From: an uncultured Granulosicoccaceae bacterium
GTDB taxonomy: Bacteria > Pseudomonadota > Gammaproteobacteria > Granulosicoccales > Granulosicoccaceae
Direction: 5' to 3'
Length of the DNA stretch: 64,000 bases
NCBI GenBank assembly: GCA_937951345.1
Contig: CALFCF010000004.1
Span: forward strand, 85,341 to 149,340
Below are positions 39,851 to 49,700 of this stretch, in pieces. Numbering within the stretch: position 1 is the first letter of the stretch; every line of letters starts with the position of its first letter. The notes under the pieces are model-generated. The model was given only the letters and a program-made list of their open reading frames with translations. It was not told the DNA's origin and did not search any database. A program made the position numbers and the translations under genes.

Positions 39851-41128
39851 CTACTGAGTAAACACAATACTGCTGGGTACGAATTCAGTAGCAACCCGTT
39901 CAAATATGACTTCGTTGGTAGCAGGGTCCAATACAACCAGCCCGGGGTTATCCTCACCACCGACGCCTACCCAGACACGACCGGCTGGCCCAAGTGCCAA
40001 TAAGGTCAGGTCAAGACCCTCCAACCCGGCAACAACACCCTCTTCAATAACACCTGTGGTTGGATTGAATGAACGCAATGTATTGTTAGCAAATGATTCC
40101 GAGCTAATGATGTATCCACGCTCGGCGCTCGCTACAACTGACCCAACGATAAAGGGTCGATTCTCAACATTGATGTCATCAACCAATTCGTCATCATCAA
40201 CCAGCACGTCAAGCGCATAGGTATCAACATCGATAGTCTCAAGTGCACCTTGGTAGGGGTCGCCTGGCAATTCATTAAAACCAACGCCGGTGTTACCGCG
40301 ACCGGTGATCACCACTTCATTAAACTCCGGTACATATTGAATGCCTTCCGGGTTTAACGAGTTAAGAATAATGCCGTTCAAGCCATCAACACCACTACCT
40401 GTGTCAATTTCCGTATCAGTAGCAATATCAAAAACTGCGACGGCACCTGACATCTCGGGTTGAAATAGCGGACCTGTCAGCCGTTGCATCAATACGAATA
40501 ACTGTCCATTGGCAATTACGGCACCTGAAGCCTGTGGAATACCGTCCGGGTCGTAGCCACTGATATCGATCTGGCCAGTGATAAATTCTTCTTCTGTCAT
40601 CGCTGAAGGATTCACGATTAGAACAAACGGCGTGCCGAGTTGTACAACGTAAGCCTTTGACTCATCAACAAACACCATGGCCTGCGGGTTAGGTGAGCCG
40701 CCCTGGGCAACCGAATATTGGTAGATGGGCGTGTTCAGATCGGTTTGTGAAAAACGCGTTATCGACTCAAGGCCAAAACGACCGATCTGATAAACGTCGC
40801 TGCCATCAGTGGCAACACGTATATCGGATGAGGTTGCCGGAAACACCGCGCTGCCTTCCAGACTGATTTGCTCAATTTGACCCGCGTCAAACGAAGGCGT
40901 TCTGGCTGAAATAAATACCGATACACCATCAGGCAGCAACACCATTGCGGTTTCATCGCCATTACCGGGATCTGCAGGGTCACCGGCATTTGCACCGTCA
41001 TCATCATTCGATGAACAACCGACGGCGAACAATACACTTAACACAATTACTAAAGCACGTATCGGCCTGAGGTGGCTCATAAGAGAATCGTACGTTCGTG
41101 ATAACAATAAAATCGGGAGAATTTTCAT
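39851..41128 (-). CDS. Lipoprotein of unknown function, predicted beta-rich (propeller-like), inside the B12 uptake operon
   Basis: 425 aa (or 409 aa from ATG 41080: MSHLRPIRALVIVLSVLFAVGCSS). An Asp/Gly-rich linker is followed by repeated beta-strand-like segments. The long start overlaps the btuB stop by 4 nt. Confidence 0.6.
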   Translation of the reverse strand: MKILPILLLSRTYDSLMSHLRPIRALVIVLSVLFAVGCSSNDDDGANAGDPADPGNGDETAMVLLPDGVSVFISARTPSFDAGQIEQISLEGSAVFPATSSDIRVATDGSDVYQIGRFGLESITRFSQTDLNTPIYQYSVAQGGSPNPQAMVFVDESKAYVVQLGTPFVLIVNPSAMTEEEFITGQIDISGYDPDGIPQASGAVIANGQLFVLMQRLTGPLFQPEMSGAVAVFDIATDTEIDTGSGVDGLNGIILNSLNPEGIQYVPEFNEVVITGRGNTGVGFNELPGDPYQGALETIDVDTYALDVLVDDDELVDDINVENRPFIVGSVVASAERGYIISSESFANNTLRSFNPTTGVIEEGVVAGLEGLDLTLLALGPAGRVWVGVGGEDNPGLVVLDPATNEVIFERVATEFVPSSIVFTQ

Positions 41129-43125
41129 AGTGCAGTCTTTAATGAGAAAGTAAATGAACGTCCGGGACGTGGCAGACCGTTGAAGTCTTCCACGTTACGG
41201 TCTGTGAGATTATTAAGCGTTGCCGCGAACGACCAGCGGCCGTGATGCCAGTCAATGCCAACGTTTTGCAGGAAAAAGTCTTCAGCAGGAAGCACGTTTG
41301 CCTGATCATAAAAACGATCACGGGAACCGTTGGCTTCGATAAACAGTGTCAACGCAGGGGTTTTGTACTGAGCGCGAAGAAACGTGCTGAGTTGCGCTTC
41401 GCCGGGTAGCTGACTTCCATTGATCGCATTAAAATTACGTAGGGCTTGCGCATCCTGATAAGTCAGATTGGCAACCAGCGAGACAAACGGATTTAACTGC
41501 CAGTTAGAGCCCAGCTCCACCCCGAGTATACGTGCACGGCTGATATTAACGGCCCGCCCGATACCTCTGGCATCGAACACCGTGGCTATTAAATCATCCC
41601 GCCAACTACCAAACAGCGATGCATCAAGCTTTAACCCTGCACGCGGTTGCCAGGTGAAACCGATGTCCGCATTAACGCCCTCCTCAGACAACAAATTGTT
41701 GTTGCCCTCGAACAACCCGCGACTGCCAAACAGCTCATCAAAGGAAGGCTCACGAAAGTAACGGCCAACGTTAGCCCGGTATCGCAGTTGTTCATTCACA
41801 TCAAACCGAAAACCGAGCGTTGGCGTCAGTCTGTCTGCACGTCTGCCTTGCTGATCGACGCGTGTAATGCGTTGATAGTCGTCATCGGTTGATTGATAAC
41901 GTAATGCCGGGATCAACAGAACACGATCATCGCCGAAATAGAACACACGCTGTGCTGTCAAATTAACTGCACGTCGTCGAGCAACGCTGTCGAATCGCGG
42001 TTCGAGTAAATCGCGATTTGTCTGTCGCTCATTGCGAAGCTCCAGATGCAAGCTGCTCGTTGATGTATCGCCGAGATACTCCCAATAGCTGGTCAGTCCC
42101 AGATTGCGATTATCGATCGATAAATTTTGTGCACCGAGCCCGACCTGACTGAAACGGTCATCAAAAATGTCTTCATCAGAATATCGAAACAACGTGTGTC
42201 TGCTATTCCAGTTCCCGTCCGGATTCCAGGTCTGCGATACCTGGACACGTACACTATCGGTATCAAACGACGATTGATTGTCCTGCAAATTACGAATTTC
42301 CGGTACACCCAAATCGCGCGAAGTCGTCTGCAGCAGTACATCTGTACGTGCACTGTTACTCCAGCTTAAACCTGCCTTGACCAGACTACTTAGCTGTTCA
42401 GCTGCTGCGTTGTTACGTGTTTGACGGGTATCATCGTTTGGATTTAACGGAGTTGTGTTGTCATTTAAAAACGGATAATCGTTATCGGATTGCTGCAGAC
42501 TGAAGGCGCCGGTCAATTCAAGTTCACCGACACGGGCACTGTGCAAAAGCTGGGCGCGTTGTGTGTTGAAACTGCCACCACCGATTAACAACTTGGTTTG
42601 CTCGCGCCCGGCAGAGAGGCTTTTGATATTAACGGCGCCGCCGATTGTACCGGCACCGAATTGCGCTGGTGTTGTACCGCGGTAAATATCAACAGAGCCG
42701 GCGTTCAACAGATCGAGCAGCGATAAATCAACCACTGCATTGCCACCGCTATTGAGCAGTACGCCGTCAAGGTAGACACCGGTTTGGGCAGCAGTGGCTG
42801 CACGAACGGTGATACTGGAGAACGTACCAAAACCGCCAGCCTGTCGACTCTGTACACCGGTTTCATTCGCCAGAATATCCGCCAGCGTCACATCACGACG
42901 TTCAAGCTGGCTGCGTTCAATACGCTGATAACTGCCGCTGAATTCCGCATGTTCAACCTCGCCGACCGGCGCTACCTCGGCTTCTATTTCGAGGGTATCG
43001 AGCCTATTGTCGATTGTGTCCTGCGCATGCAAAGCGTTAGCGCCACAGCACAATCCGCCGGACAGCAGCAGTACTGTTCTGACGGAACAGCCTGATATAA
43101 ATTGTGAAAATGACAGTGGCATCAA
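41125..43125 (-). CDS. btuB: TonB-dependent outer-membrane receptor, BtuB-like
   Basis: 666 aa with a signal peptide and a TonB-box-like DTLEIEA. Plug motifs are present (LADILANETGVQSRQAGGFG...SITVRA). A cobalamin riboswitch lies upstream. Confidence 0.8.
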   Translation of the reverse strand: MMPLSFSQFISGCSVRTVLLLSGGLCCGANALHAQDTIDNRLDTLEIEAEVAPVGEVEHAEFSGSYQRIERSQLERRDVTLADILANETGVQSRQAGGFGTFSSITVRAATAAQTGVYLDGVLLNSGGNAVVDLSLLDLLNAGSVDIYRGTTPAQFGAGTIGGAVNIKSLSAGREQTKLLIGGGSFNTQRAQLLHSARVGELELTGAFSLQQSDNDYPFLNDNTTPLNPNDDTRQTRNNAAAEQLSSLVKAGLSWSNSARTDVLLQTTSRDLGVPEIRNLQDNQSSFDTDSVRVQVSQTWNPDGNWNSRHTLFRYSDEDIFDDRFSQVGLGAQNLSIDNRNLGLTSYWEYLGDTSTSSLHLELRNERQTNRDLLEPRFDSVARRRAVNLTAQRVFYFGDDRVLLIPALRYQSTDDDYQRITRVDQQGRRADRLTPTLGFRFDVNEQLRYRANVGRYFREPSFDELFGSRGLFEGNNNLLSEEGVNADIGFTWQPRAGLKLDASLFGSWRDDLIATVFDARGIGRAVNISRARILGVELGSNWQLNPFVSLVANLTYQDAQALRNFNAINGSQLPGEAQLSTFLRAQYKTPALTLFIEANGSRDRFYDQANVLPAEDFFLQNVGIDWHHGRWSFAATLNNLTDRNVEDFNGLPRPGRSFTFSLKTAL

Positions 43126-43344
43126 TCCAACCGTGTTGCTCTGTTACTTTGTTCGGTTTGTACAGAACACGACCGAAGGATTCGAGCACCGCAATGCTCA
43201 AACGGAACGAATCAAGATGGATTGATGATCAAGACGAGTGACAGGCAGGTGACGGGTGAGGCGAATCAGTTGCGGATAATGCCGGGAACCGTCAGGCAGC
43301 ACAGGTGAACTCTCAAGACCCAAAACACCCCGTTTTGGTCGTGC

Positions 43345-43600
43345 ATTCTGTACAGCCTGGCAGGTCTCCTGGCTCATGATGATGACCGGCAAAAACCAGG
43401 TCAATGCATGCAACCCCTTCCCGGATTCGATCGCTTTTCGCAGTTGTTTGGCGAGAAACTTCCGCAAATCCAGTGGCTCTGTACCAACAGGGTTGGCCAG
43501 AGTTTGTTGCACACTCATCATTCACAGTTGCGGGGGCAGCCGGAGCCTTCACTCCGTTCCCTATTAATCCACACTTGGAACCATGCTGTAGCCATAGGAT
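43345..43600 (-). ncRNA. Cobalamin (B12) riboswitch
   Basis: The minus strand reads GGAACGGAGTGAAGGCTCCGGCTGCCCCCGCAACTGTGA (43560..43522), then AGCCACTGG and GGGAAGG. The B12 box AGCCAGGAGACCTGCC lies at 43374..43359, about 230 nt upstream of btuB. Boundaries are approximate. Confidence 0.85.
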
Positions 43601-43793
43601 AGCGCAAATAAACAGCCGCCGCCTAGTACCTAAAGATCGAATAACGTTACGAGGTGATGCCGGTCGCCATCAGAGACAGCCAGGTGCCGTCTGCGGATAT
43701 ATCCAATGTGCGAGTCAATGGTGTGACAGAACGAAACTGCTAACGCGGGTGGTCGCGCGTCTGATCGCCGAGGTAGGTGGCGCCGGGATTGAC

Positions 43794-44549
43794 TTAACCG
43801 GCTTGCTTGTATTCGACTGCGGCCGACGTGAGCGATTCGAGCATGGCAACATCGTGAACGATATAGTTTCCGGGGCGCCAGGTAATCACTTCCTTTCTTT
43901 CGAGGTTTTTCAGTTCGCGGGTGACGGCTTCCCGGTGCGTGCTGATGCGCGAGGCGATGTCAGCATGCGTCGGTACCCTGTCAAATCTGACAGTGTTCGC
44001 AAAGTCGTTGGTGGAGGCATCCCTGGCCATACGCAACAGCTCCAGTCGCACACGGGCGCCCACGGTTTCCGTGCTGAATTCATAGATGCGCTGCATATGC
44101 ACCCGCAAACGTTCTGTCAGATGACGCATCACAACAGCGGCAACAGAGGGGTAGCGGGCGAGAATTTGCAGGAACACCTCTGCTGTAACAGTTGCCGCAA
44201 CAACGGGTGTTCTGGCAATCGTTTCGGTCTGACGCGGTTTGCCGTCGATGGCAGTGAGATGACCACACATCATGCCCGCGGTGTATTCAAAGTACTGAAC
44301 CTGCTTACCGCTCGGAGACAGGTTATGAGCGCAGGCCCTGCCGCTGATGATAAAAAAAACATCCGTGTTGTCTTCCATAACGGAAGTCAACGACTGTCCG
44401 CTGCGAAAGTCCTTCAAAATCATCAGGTCCGCAATGCTACTGCGCTCCTGGTGCGACAGTGAACTGAAAGCATCAAACGCGGAAAGTGTTGTAGCGGTCG
44501 CTTTATTCAAGAAACGTCTCCTAACATCAATACCGACAACACAATCCAT
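43794..44549 (-). CDS. Crp/Fnr-family transcriptional regulator
   Basis: 251 aa. A cNMP-binding-like beta-roll is followed by the C-terminal HTH PTHADIASRISTHREAVTRELKNLE. Confidence 0.75.
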   Translation of the reverse strand: MDCVVGIDVRRRFLNKATATTLSAFDAFSSLSHQERSSIADLMILKDFRSGQSLTSVMEDNTDVFFIISGRACAHNLSPSGKQVQYFEYTAGMMCGHLTAIDGKPRQTETIARTPVVAATVTAEVFLQILARYPSVAAVVMRHLTERLRVHMQRIYEFSTETVGARVRLELLRMARDASTNDFANTVRFDRVPTHADIASRISTHREAVTRELKNLERKEVITWRPGNYIVHDVAMLESLTSAAVEYKQAG

Positions 44550-44810
44550 GCACCCGGTTGCTGAATCCTTGCGGTTCGGACTTACGATTCTAAGATGAAC
44601 GATTTGTCACGAAGATTGACAATCTATCACTTGACGCGCGAAAAGTTAATATAAACGAAAGTACCAATTTTCGGGTTTTTGAATTCAACGATCCAGGGTT
44701 ATACAAGCTATTGATTTCTTGCAGAAAGTCTTAGTCAGTGGCTACAAATACGCGAACTTGGTACCCGTAACGAAGGCGCAAAGCACAACGCATAATCAGT
44801 CTGTCGTTAA

Positions 44811-44849
44811 AACTAATCTTTAGATTAATAACTAAACGAAAGATTAGTT
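44811..44849. promoter_or_regulatory. 39-bp AT-rich palindromic element, copy 1
   Basis: The sequence is aactaatctttag-attaataa-ctaaacgaaagattagtt. The 11-bp perfect arms AACTAATCTTT/AAAGATTAGTT are separated by 17 nt. It lies 111 nt upstream of the kinase ORF. A near-identical copy is at 54081..54119. Confidence 0.6.
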
Positions 44850-44959
44850 TTTTCAAGCAACTACAAAACCGTTCATCACGCAAAACTGCACACAGCAAAG
44901 ACCACAAAACGCGTTAATATCGATCCCTGAAATACCTCCGATTCAAAAAATACGTCCAG

Positions 44960-46783
44960 GTGAATGAAAGCCTGACAAAGCCTCGAATTTCAATGGAAAC
45001 CCAGCCTTCAGCGCAGGAAATCAGAGACCACCTGTATGCCGAGCTGATCACATTGGTTTACAAGCAGAATCTGCGTGCCTTTTTGTCAATGCTGATTCCG
45101 ATTTGTCTGATCGCTTTTTTGATACAGCGCTCGGCCAGCACATTACCGGCTTTCTCTTGGGCCGCACTAGCCGTGGTAGTACTGGTTTTCAGACTCTGTG
45201 TTCTCCAGCTCATTTCTAAGAAAATCAGCTGGAACAACGAGCGCAAGCTTCAGATTCTGTGCGCGTTAAGCATCCTGCATAGCATCACCCACGCTTCGTC
45301 GTTGTTGTTCTTCGCAGATATGCCGGCTATTGACCGAACCGTGTTATCGATGATCCTTGTTGCGTTGAGTGCTGGTTCGATCGGTACAAGTGCTGGCTAT
45401 CAGCCACTGTTCTGGTGCTACTCAGCACCAGTGATTATCACCGCATCCCTCTGTTGGTTTATCAACTTCAACAGTCCGGTCGAACAGATGTTCGCTGTTA
45501 TCATCGGATTCGCGATGCTTGCATTGATGCTGACACTCGCAACGCTGAGTCATCATACCTTCCGTTTTTTCTCCTCATCAGTAACTGCGATACAACGCGA
45601 GAAATCATTAACACTGCAGTTAACAGGCGCGTTAGATAAAGCCAAACAGGAAAAACAACGCGCCGAGGCGAGCAATCAGTCCAAGGTCAGATTTCTTGCT
45701 TCCGCGAGTCATGATCTGCGCCAACCGGTGCATGTACTGACACTTTTCTCGGCCGCATTGCAGCAGCATAAATTAGCTCCGGAAGCACGACAGATTTGCG
45801 ACGGCATGGACAATGCCATTGACTCGCTGGCCAGTCAGATTCACTCGCTGCTTGATGTGTCAAAACTCGATGCCGGTTTGGTGAAACCGGAATTAACCCG
45901 AATATCATTATCAGCACTATTGCAAACTCTGGTGCGCGAACATGTACAGGATGCGGAGGCTGCCGGTATAACGCTCAATATTGATCTGGCACCGGATATC
46001 CGCGTGAATACCGATCAGGTGATGCTGACACAAATTATCCGTAATCTTCTGACCAATGCCATCAAATATACCAATACGGGCGAAGTCGAAGTAAATCTGT
46101 CTAAAGAAGGTGGCAATGCGGTACTGGTGATCCGTGATACCGGGATCGGCATCGCTGAATCTGACCTCGAAAAGGTCTTTGAAGAATTTTTTCAGGTGAG
46201 CAACACGCAGCGTGACGCCTCACAGGGACTTGGGCTAGGGTTGGCGATTGTACGACGATTGTGCAGTTTGCTTGATGCGCAAATCGAACTGACATCTTCA
46301 CTCGGTGAAGGAACAACCGTTCGTGTCTGCTATCCACTGGCATCCAAAGACCAGACGCTATCCGACAGTAACACTGCCAGAACTCCAATCTCCCGTGCTT
46401 ATGATCTGAGCGTACATATTCTTGATGATGCTGAGCTTGTCAGAGACAGCACGAAGAAACTTCTGGAACCACTGGGCTGCGAGGTTAGTGTTGCCGGTTC
46501 GACCAGTGAATCACTGGCAGTGACAAGAAATACAGACCCGGATGTATTTCTGATTGATCTGAGGCTTGGCGGTGGAGACTCAGGCATCATGGCCATAGAT
46601 GCACTAAGTGACATATTCCCGCAAGCAACGTTTGTAATGGTCTCCGGAGAGTCGGAACTTGAGCAACTGGGCCTGGAACCCCGTGGAATCAAAGCACTGA
46701 AAAAGCCTCTAAAAATAGACAACCTGGTGGAGCTGTTAGATGAAATCCGGGAACAAAAAACAACAAAGAGTTACATCGCTTGA
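44960..46783 (+). CDS. Hybrid sensor histidine kinase (membrane-embedded sensor, HisKA, HATPase_c, C-terminal REC)
   Basis: 607 aa with a GTG start (an alternative is ATG 44993). There are about 5-6 TM helices with only short loops. The H-box is SHDLRQP, the N/G boxes are NAIKYT and DTGIGI, and the REC domain contains VFLIDLRLGG. Confidence 0.85.
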   Translation: MNESLTKPRISMETQPSAQEIRDHLYAELITLVYKQNLRAFLSMLIPICLIAFLIQRSASTLPAFSWAALAVVVLVFRLCVLQLISKKISWNNERKLQILCALSILHSITHASSLLFFADMPAIDRTVLSMILVALSAGSIGTSAGYQPLFWCYSAPVIITASLCWFINFNSPVEQMFAVIIGFAMLALMLTLATLSHHTFRFFSSSVTAIQREKSLTLQLTGALDKAKQEKQRAEASNQSKVRFLASASHDLRQPVHVLTLFSAALQQHKLAPEARQICDGMDNAIDSLASQIHSLLDVSKLDAGLVKPELTRISLSALLQTLVREHVQDAEAAGITLNIDLAPDIRVNTDQVMLTQIIRNLLTNAIKYTNTGEVEVNLSKEGGNAVLVIRDTGIGIAESDLEKVFEEFFQVSNTQRDASQGLGLGLAIVRRLCSLLDAQIELTSSLGEGTTVRVCYPLASKDQTLSDSNTARTPISRAYDLSVHILDDAELVRDSTKKLLEPLGCEVSVAGSTSESLAVTRNTDPDVFLIDLRLGGGDSGIMAIDALSDIFPQATFVMVSGESELEQLGLEPRGIKALKKPLKIDNLVELLDEIREQKTTKSYIA

Positions 46784-49700
46784 GACTGAATGCTGTACGT
46801 GGATATCGAGCCGCTTCGAGAATTACCTGACTGATCTCGAACGTAACCAGATAGCAGGCAGTGCATCTGAGCCAATTGATTTCCTGATTCTTGGCAGTGG
46901 TTATGGTGCTGCTGTTGCGGCACAAAAACTTGCCCGCAACTACCCTGACAACACCCGCAAAGTCGTGCTTTTCGAGCGCGGTGATGAGTATTTGCCCGGA
47001 AGCTTTCCGGAAGCAATAGCAGATCTTCCGGGGCATCTGCGAATCAGCCCGGTCGCAAAAACTCAGGTTGTCGGCAACAAACACGGCCTGTTCGATATGC
47101 GCATCGGCAATCAATTGAATTGTCTGATTGCCAACGGACTGGGCGGCGGATCATTGATAAATGCCGGTGTAATGCGCAGACCTCCGGCACATGCCTATGA
47201 AACTGAATGGCCCGACGCGATTACGCAAACGGTACTGGAACCGTACCTGACGCGGTCAGAAGTTCTGCTTGGCAGTCATACCCGCGACACAACAACGGAT
47301 TCGAATGTACCGGTGACAGTCAATCTGGACACCGATACCGAATCCCACAGTAAAACACGTTTACTGCAGCAATCCGTCAACAGGCTTCGCGCAGGTAATC
47401 CGAATAGTACATTTGCTTTCGAGCCTGCAGCCATCACTGTAGCGGTCAACGACGGTGAAAATCAATCAGGTGTTGAACTGTCAAAATGCATCAACTGCGC
47501 CGACTGCGCTACGGGATGTAACCACAACGCCAAGAATTCGCTCGATGTAAATCTGCTGGTCGAGGCATACCGCGACGGCGCCACACTGATTACCGGTGTG
47601 ACAGCGTTGAAGCTTGTCAAACACACACTCAATAACAATAAAGATAACAGCACAGGGAACAGCACGAGCGACTCAACGCTTTGGCAGGTTGATTGCCGCT
47701 TTACTGATGACAGGCTCTTCGAGCGGGATACCGGCGGTACCGCAGGCATTCGTTCAGTGTACGCACACAATGTGCTGGTGTGTTGTGGCGCACTTGGCAG
47801 CACCGAGCTGTTGTTGAACTCGCAAACGGATACGCTCGCGTTCTCTCACAAGCTCGGACACAACTTCTCAGGCAATGGTGACTTACTCGCCTTCTATCCG
47901 ACAGATCATTTTAAAAGCAGCGGGATCCGGCCCAACAGTTCTGCCCGGCCACATGTGCCACCTGCAGAGCGCCATATAGGACCAACGATAGGCGGTGTTG
48001 TCAGCACAACAGGCACTAAGGACAGTGGCTTGCAAACACTGTTGATCGAAGAAATGGCCATTCCGGGCACCATCCGCAGCTTCTTCGAACAACCGATTGA
48101 ACTCAACCGGTATATACGCGGTGTACTGACAAACTTTCAGAAAAGGCTGACCGACGACGAGAAGATTCACCCCCTGGCAGTCGACAACACCGGCATCTAT
48201 GCAGCGATAGGCGATGATCAATCCAAAGGTATTGTTTCATTGCCTCAGGAAGGCAATCTCAAGAACCCGCAAGCGCAGCACGACGGCATCGCTCAAGTTA
48301 GCTGGTCTGACTTCAACACAATCGAGAAGCTTTTCAATGAGCAGACCAGACGCATAAACGAACTATTTGCTGAAAAGCCGAATAGACGCGGTGTACTACC
48401 TAATCCTATGTGGCGATTTTTCAAGCGGTTGCAGCGCCTTCTCACTGATGAAAACCGTTTGAACACTGCCTTGAGCGTTCACCCACTGGGTGGATGCCGT
48501 ATGGCAGACTCAGTCAGTCAGGGTGTTACCGACGACAAAGGCAGAGTTTTCAATCCGCAGACCAATCAGGGTGTGCACGACGGGCTGTACGTGCTCGATG
48601 GTGCCATCGTTCCGCGTGCACTAAGTGCAAACCCTGCACTGACAATTACCGCACTGGCACTTCGCGCGACCGAACAACTGGTAGACGAACAACTGTTTAA
48701 TCTCCCCGACCTGCACACATCCGACACTGCAATTGCACCGCAATTGCTTTCAAGTAACCCGTCAATCGATAATAGTATCGCGACACACGGACGACGCAAA
48801 CTGCCGTCGCAACGCCCACGCATAAACAAACACGAAAACCAGCTGGCAACCAATGCGCGAAGCCAGAGTCGCTTCACCCTGCTTGAGCGCCTTGGCGGTG
48901 AGGTTACCCTCAAGATAAAAGGGGTGAAACACACGGTCTTTCTGGAACTCACCATCAGAAGTGCGGCGAAAAACCTGAATGAGTTCAGTGATGCTGACTA
49001 TCGCTCGAATAGTGAACATGAACAGTTTCAGGTATCTGCTAACTGGAGCCACAAAGGGTTTAGTTCAACTTTACGCATTTACCCGTCACGGGCCGCCTAT
49101 GACGATGCAGAGCGTCGCGCAATGGTTCAGCTTCCAATGCTGTCGGACAATGATTTCGGTTCGTCCTGGCAAGGCGACAGGTCTCTTTTTGGCGCACTGA
49201 TATCCAACCAGAGTGCTCGTGAAAAGATCCTCACGGAAGCTGCATTGACAGTAATTTCTTTAGAGGGAAGTGTGCGGGTTTTACACACCAAGCCTTACGC
49301 ATTTTTTCGTCGCGCGAAAACCGGTGTAAAAAATATTATCAAACTCGGGTTCTTAGTTTGGCAAACCCGTAGTTTCCGCCTTGCGCTTGCTACTACACAA
49401 TGGCGATATTTAACCTACCGGCTGCTTCCGGCCCAAGCCATTTACAGAACCGATGCTGATAGCAAGACCCAGGCACTGGTTGATCGCCTGCAACACAGAA
49501 TCCGCAAATCCATTGCTCGCGGTGAGACACTACTGATAGGCGAGAAATGTGTGTACACCGATAGGCCAGAAACCATCATTTCTCAACTTAGTGAAGTCAA
49601 CATCAGGAAATTTCCGTTTTTTTCCAGGCTCGAATCCGAGCGACTGGTGCTCGACCCCAAACTCTTTGCAGCAACAGCGCATCCACTGATCGCGATCGAA

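Noticed and set aside
43198-43602. Four overlapping 63-107-aa ORFs on both strands
   Set aside because: They lie on the cobalamin riboswitch and btuB leader. The conserved RNA motifs explain the sequence.
43404-44462. A 352-aa plus-strand ORF, the longest unexplained ORF in this part of the window
   Set aside because: It is antisense to the Crp/Fnr-family gene, which has clear cNMP-binding and HTH features, and it runs through the cobalamin riboswitch. Its translation is Arg/Gly/Ala-rich with no motifs. This is a typical shadow ORF.
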